Below are positions 60,495 through 64,000 of a stretch of 64,000 bases of DNA, piece by piece. The notes below the pieces were generated by a model. It searched no databases. It was given only the letters and a program-made list of their open reading frames with translations, and was not told where the DNA came from. The position numbers and the translations under genes were made by a program. The DNA comes from Thermodesulfobacteriota bacterium (GTDB taxonomy: Bacteria > Desulfobacterota_D > UBA1144 > Nemesobacterales > UBA2774), in the NCBI GenBank assembly GCA_965223335.1, contig OZ244991.1, forward strand, positions 1,024,001 to 1,088,000. The letters are read 5' to 3'. Position 1 is the first letter of the stretch; every line of letters starts with the position of its first letter.

Positions 60495-61457
60495 ATGACA
60501 ACAAAACTAGCACAACTAGAAAATATCAAACCCGGGCCGGCCGAGCTCTTAAGAGAGGTATTAGAAGGGCTCAATGCTGAGCAAAAGCGGTTACCCAGCA
60601 AGCTGTTCTACGATAACTATGGCTCGAAACTGTTCGAGCAGATTTGTGAGCTTGACGAGTATTATTTGACCCGTACTGAGATCTCTGTTATGGAAGAATC
60701 GGTCGGGGAAATTGCCGGGTGTCTGGGAGCTGAATGTCTCTTAATAGAGCTAGGTAGCGGCAGCAGCTACAAGATCAGGCTTCTGCTCGATCACATAGAC
60801 CACCCGCGCGGTTACATACCTATAGACATATCAAAGGAACATTTACTGGAATCTACTCGAGCGCTCGCGGTCGATTATCCAGAACTCGAGATCGTCCCCC
60901 TCTATGCCGATTACACCAAAACTTTTAGTCTGCCTAAACAAGCTCGGCACGTGACCAACAAGGTCTTTTACTATCCCGGGTCCACCATAGGCAACTTCGA
61001 TCCACACGAGGCCAGGGAATTCCTACGGCGAATAGGAAAAATCGGGGATAGGCAAAGCGGGCTTCTAATCGGAGTCGACCTGCAAAAGGAAAAGCAGGTT
61101 CTAAACGATGCATATAACGATAATAAGGGTGTTACAGCCGAATTTAATCTCAATATTCTTCGTAACGTAAACAGGGAACTGCACACCGATTTCGTAGTCG
61201 ATAACTGGGAGCATCTAGCGTTTTATAACGCCGAAGAGGGCAGGATTGAGATGCATCTAAAGAGTAAGCTAGCTCAAGAGGTTACAATTCGCGGACAACG
61301 TATTAAAATTGAGGCCGGCGAGACAGTACTTACGGAATACTCCTATAAATACACGCCCGAGGGTTTTAAACAGTTAGTGGATGGAATCTATGAGGTAGAG
61401 CGAGTGTGGACAGATAGCGATGAAATGTTTAGCATCCAGTTCCTGCGAGCGCTCTGA
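60495..61457 (+). CDS. egtD: L-histidine N-alpha-methyltransferase EgtD
   Basis: K.LPSK.FYD..GS.LF..IC.L.EYY.TR.E, ELGSG, PGSTIGN, AYND..GVTA.FN.N. Confidence 0.93.
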   Translation: MTTKLAQLENIKPGPAELLREVLEGLNAEQKRLPSKLFYDNYGSKLFEQICELDEYYLTRTEISVMEESVGEIAGCLGAECLLIELGSGSSYKIRLLLDHIDHPRGYIPIDISKEHLLESTRALAVDYPELEIVPLYADYTKTFSLPKQARHVTNKVFYYPGSTIGNFDPHEAREFLRRIGKIGDRQSGLLIGVDLQKEKQVLNDAYNDNKGVTAEFNLNILRNVNRELHTDFVVDNWEHLAFYNAEEGRIEMHLKSKLAQEVTIRGQRIKIEAGETVLTEYSYKYTPEGFKQLVDGIYEVERVWTDSDEMFSIQFLRAL

Positions 61458-61497
61458 TGAATTGCACACAATCCAGACGACTAATGAGGGAAGACAG

Positions 61498-61986
61498 ATG
61501 AAGCGTATAGAAGCAAAACCCGGGCAGGAATCAGTTTGGGACTACCCCCGTCCTCCACGGGTTGAGGATAGCGAGAAACATGTCGAGATATTTTTTAACG
61601 ACATAATGATAGCCGACTCCTCTGCGACAAAGAGGGTGTTGGAAACGAGCAGCCCACCTGTTTACTATCTTCCTTTGGAGGATATTGAGATGAGGTACCT
61701 GTCTCTATCCGACAAAAAAACAATGTGCGAATGGAAGGGGCTTGCATCGTACTACAATATCAAGGTCCATGATAAAGCTGCTTTAAATGCTGCGTGGTAC
61801 TATCCCGATCCCATCCCCGAGTATAGTGTACTTAAAGGCTATGTGGCCTTCTACCCGCAGTATATGGACGTCTGCTATCTAGACGGCGAGGTCGTTTCCC
61901 CTCAACCCGGCTCGTTTTATGGGGGTTGGATCACATCCGATATAGTAGGGCCGTTTAAAGGCGAGCCCGGCACCGAGGGCTGGTAG
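61498..61986 (+). CDS. DUF427 domain protein
   Basis: ESVWDYPRPP, VLETS.PP.YY, CEWKG.A.Y, FYGGWIT. Confidence 0.85.
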   Translation: MKRIEAKPGQESVWDYPRPPRVEDSEKHVEIFFNDIMIADSSATKRVLETSSPPVYYLPLEDIEMRYLSLSDKKTMCEWKGLASYYNIKVHDKAALNAAWYYPDPIPEYSVLKGYVAFYPQYMDVCYLDGEVVSPQPGSFYGGWITSDIVGPFKGEPGTEGW

Positions 61987-62160
61987 CATTATAAACCTAC
62001 CAGTCACAGCAATCTACAAGTGCCCAAGGCCTACCCACTTTGTAGAGATATTTAAAACCTACAACACAATTGACATATATAATGAAAGAGTAAAGATTAA
62101 AAAGAGCTGCGCGGCAGTACTCTCTTTCTGAGATCTACTATTTACCGGTGAGTTGAGCAG

Positions 62161-62892
62161 ATGATCGAATTACAAAATGTCTCGAAATACTACAATCGTT
62201 CAAAAGTCCTCGACTCTATCAACCTTGTAATCAACCCATCCAGCACTACGGTGTTAATAGGGCCGAGCGGTTCGGGCAAGTCAACTGTGCTTAGGATACT
62301 TGTGGGCTTGGTAGTGAGCGACACGGGCCGTGTGGTGGTAGAGGGCGAGAAACTCGATTCTGCCGATATTCTTAGGTTCAGGCATAAAATGGGTTATGTG
62401 ATCCAAGAGGGTGGTCTCTTCCCGCATATGGATTCCCGACGCAACGTAACACTGATGCCAAGCTATCTCGGATGGGAGCAGGCCCGGATAGATTCAAGAT
62501 TGGAAGAGCTATGCGATCTTACAAAATTTCCCCGTGATGCACTGAGCAGGTTTCCCCTAGAGATCTCCGGGGGCCAGCGCGAGCGTGTAAGCCTAATGCG
62601 AGCACTTATGCTCGACCCCGATATACTCCTACTCGATGAACCCCTGGGTGCGCTCGACCCACTCGTGCGTTTCGATTTACAAAACGACCTAAGAGAGATA
62701 TTTCAGACGCTTAACAAAACCGTGGTGCTTGTAACACATGACCTGGGCGAAGCGGCGTTCTTCGGGGATGAGATCGTATTGATGAACGAGGGGACTATTG
62801 CACAGCAGGGCCCGATGACCGAACTTGTACAGGCACCCAAATCAGAGTTTGTAAAGCGTTTTGTCGATGCGCAGCGCACTCTGCAGTTTTAG
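62161..62892 (+). CDS. ABC ATPase of the osmoprotectant/quaternary-amine (OpuBA/ProV/EgtV-like) family, without CBS domains
   Basis: GPSGSGKST, GYVIQEGGLFPH, ISGGQRER, DEPLGALDP. Confidence 0.88.
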   Translation: MIELQNVSKYYNRSKVLDSINLVINPSSTTVLIGPSGSGKSTVLRILVGLVVSDTGRVVVEGEKLDSADILRFRHKMGYVIQEGGLFPHMDSRRNVTLMPSYLGWEQARIDSRLEELCDLTKFPRDALSRFPLEISGGQRERVSLMRALMLDPDILLLDEPLGALDPLVRFDLQNDLREIFQTLNKTVVLVTHDLGEAAFFGDEIVLMNEGTIAQQGPMTELVQAPKSEFVKRFVDAQRTLQF

Positions 62893-62897
62893 ATAAA

Positions 62898-64000
62898 ATG
62901 AGAGTCCGACCAATCATACATATCTTTTTAGTCCTGCTACTTCTAAGTAGCTGTGGTCGCACAAGCGATGACACCACTGTGGCTATAGGCTCCAAAAAAT
63001 TTACGGAATCCGTAATCCTGGCCGAGCTTCTAGCACAGCTTGTGGAATCCACAGGTGCCCGGGTCGATTTAAAAGCCGAGCTTGGGGGCACGCGTGTGCT
63101 CTGGAGTGCATTGGTCAGGGGCGATATAGATCTATACCCTGAGTACACCGGTACCATCACCAAAGAGATTTTGGCCGATGACTACATAGACAATACGATG
63201 GAACTTAGGAGAGAGCTATCCAAATTCGGGATTGGTATGAGTGAACCGCTCGGATTCAACAACACCTATGCCCTGGGTATGCAAAACGAGCTGGCTAAGA
63301 AATTGGGTATCGAGAATATCTCGGACCTGCGTAAACACCCAGATCTCAAATTGGGTTTTGGTAACGAGTTTATGGACAGGGCCGACGGGTGGGGGGAGCT
63401 TCGCACTGCCTATAACCTGCCCCATTCTGATGTGCGGGGGCTAGACCACGACCTTGCATACAGGGGGCTTGCTAGCGGGGCTATCGACGTCATCGATCTC
63501 TACTCGACCGATGCCGAGATCAATTACTACGACCTAAAGGTGCTTGGGGATGACTACAACTACTTTCCCCAATACGATGCTGTAATCCTCTATCGCGAAG
63601 ACCTGGTCCAACGCGCACCCGATGTTGTGAGCACGGTTTTGAGTCTTGAGGGTGTAATAACCCCCCAAGAGATGGTGCATATGAACGCTACCGCAAAGAT
63701 AGTCGGCGAGCCCGAGTCCCAGATCGCCATGAATTTCCTAAACCAAAAATTCTCATTGGAGTCAAAGGTTGGGAAAGAGTCCTTTCTAAGCAGACTCATT
63801 AAGAACACCAAACAACACCTTTTTCTGGTCGCCATATCCCTCGGCTCTGCCATACTCATATCCATCCCGCTCGGTGTACTGGCCTATCTACGCGAGGGTG
63901 TGGGCAAAGCCGTTTTAGCAATAGTGGGAGTGATCCAAACTATCCCCTCGCTGGCGCTCCTTGTGTTCATGATCCCGTTTTTCGGTATAGGTACGGTGCC
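62898..64000 (+). CDS. Fused substrate-binding + permease subunit of a betaine/ergothioneine-type ABC transporter (3'-truncated; absent from the ORF track)
   Basis: Manual translation from ATG 62898: lipobox LSSC, IGSKKFTES, YPEYTGT, GFNNTY, YSTD, FP.YD, then permease region QHL.LV...IQTIPSLALL. Confidence 0.88.
   Translation, partial: MRVRPIIHIFLVLLLLSSCGRTSDDTTVAIGSKKFTESVILAELLAQLVESTGARVDLKAELGGTRVLWSALVRGDIDLYPEYTGTITKEILADDYIDNTMELRRELSKFGIGMSEPLGFNNTYALGMQNELAKKLGIENISDLRKHPDLKLGFGNEFMDRADGWGELRTAYNLPHSDVRGLDHDLAYRGLASGAIDVIDLYSTDAEINYYDLKVLGDDYNYFPQYDAVILYREDLVQRAPDVVSTVLSLEGVITPQEMVHMNATAKIVGEPESQIAMNFLNQKFSLESKVGKESFLSRLIKNTKQHLFLVAISLGSAILISIPLGVLAYLREGVGKAVLAIVGVIQTIPSLALLVFMIPFFGIGTV

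Noticed and set aside
59140..61457. Selenoneine (senABC) or ovothiol cluster
   Set aside because: No SenB glycosyltransferase or SelD-like gene is adjacent and no methyltransferase is fused to the sulfoxide synthase; the partner is EgtD.

Overview
Bacterial chromosomal window of mostly housekeeping genes. Gene content looks deltaproteobacteria-like (possibly Ca. Dadabacteria/Desulfobacterota; this is an impression only). Core genes recognised: thiL, two tandem CNNM/CorC proteins, ybeY, hisBH, slt, queF, leuA, trhO, dapL, plsC, mnmE, pabB/pabC-like, radC, speB, groESL, mutS, hisC-tyrA, pstSCAB-arsC-phoU, prmC-murA-hisG and egtB-egtD followed by DUF427 and a betaine/ergothioneine-type ABC transporter. 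Two tRNA genes (Gln-CTG, Ala-CGC) each precede an AT-richer accessory patch. Non-coding signals read directly from the sequence: two parS sites flanking mnmE, a c-di-GMP-I (GEMM) riboswitch in front of an SLT+SPOR lytic transglycosylase, an 11-bp-periodic Pho box, a sigma54 promoter before a Cj0069-family ATP-grasp gene, a TetR operator, a 17-bp att-like repeat enclosing a frameshifted nuclease gene, a decayed RAYT/REP-like element, a PhoX-like gene remnant, a terminator-like hairpin at the predicted groES start site, and many apparently leaderless genes. An exosortase H system and one IPTL-CTERM substrate are both present. All family calls come from recognising motifs by eye; no searches were run.
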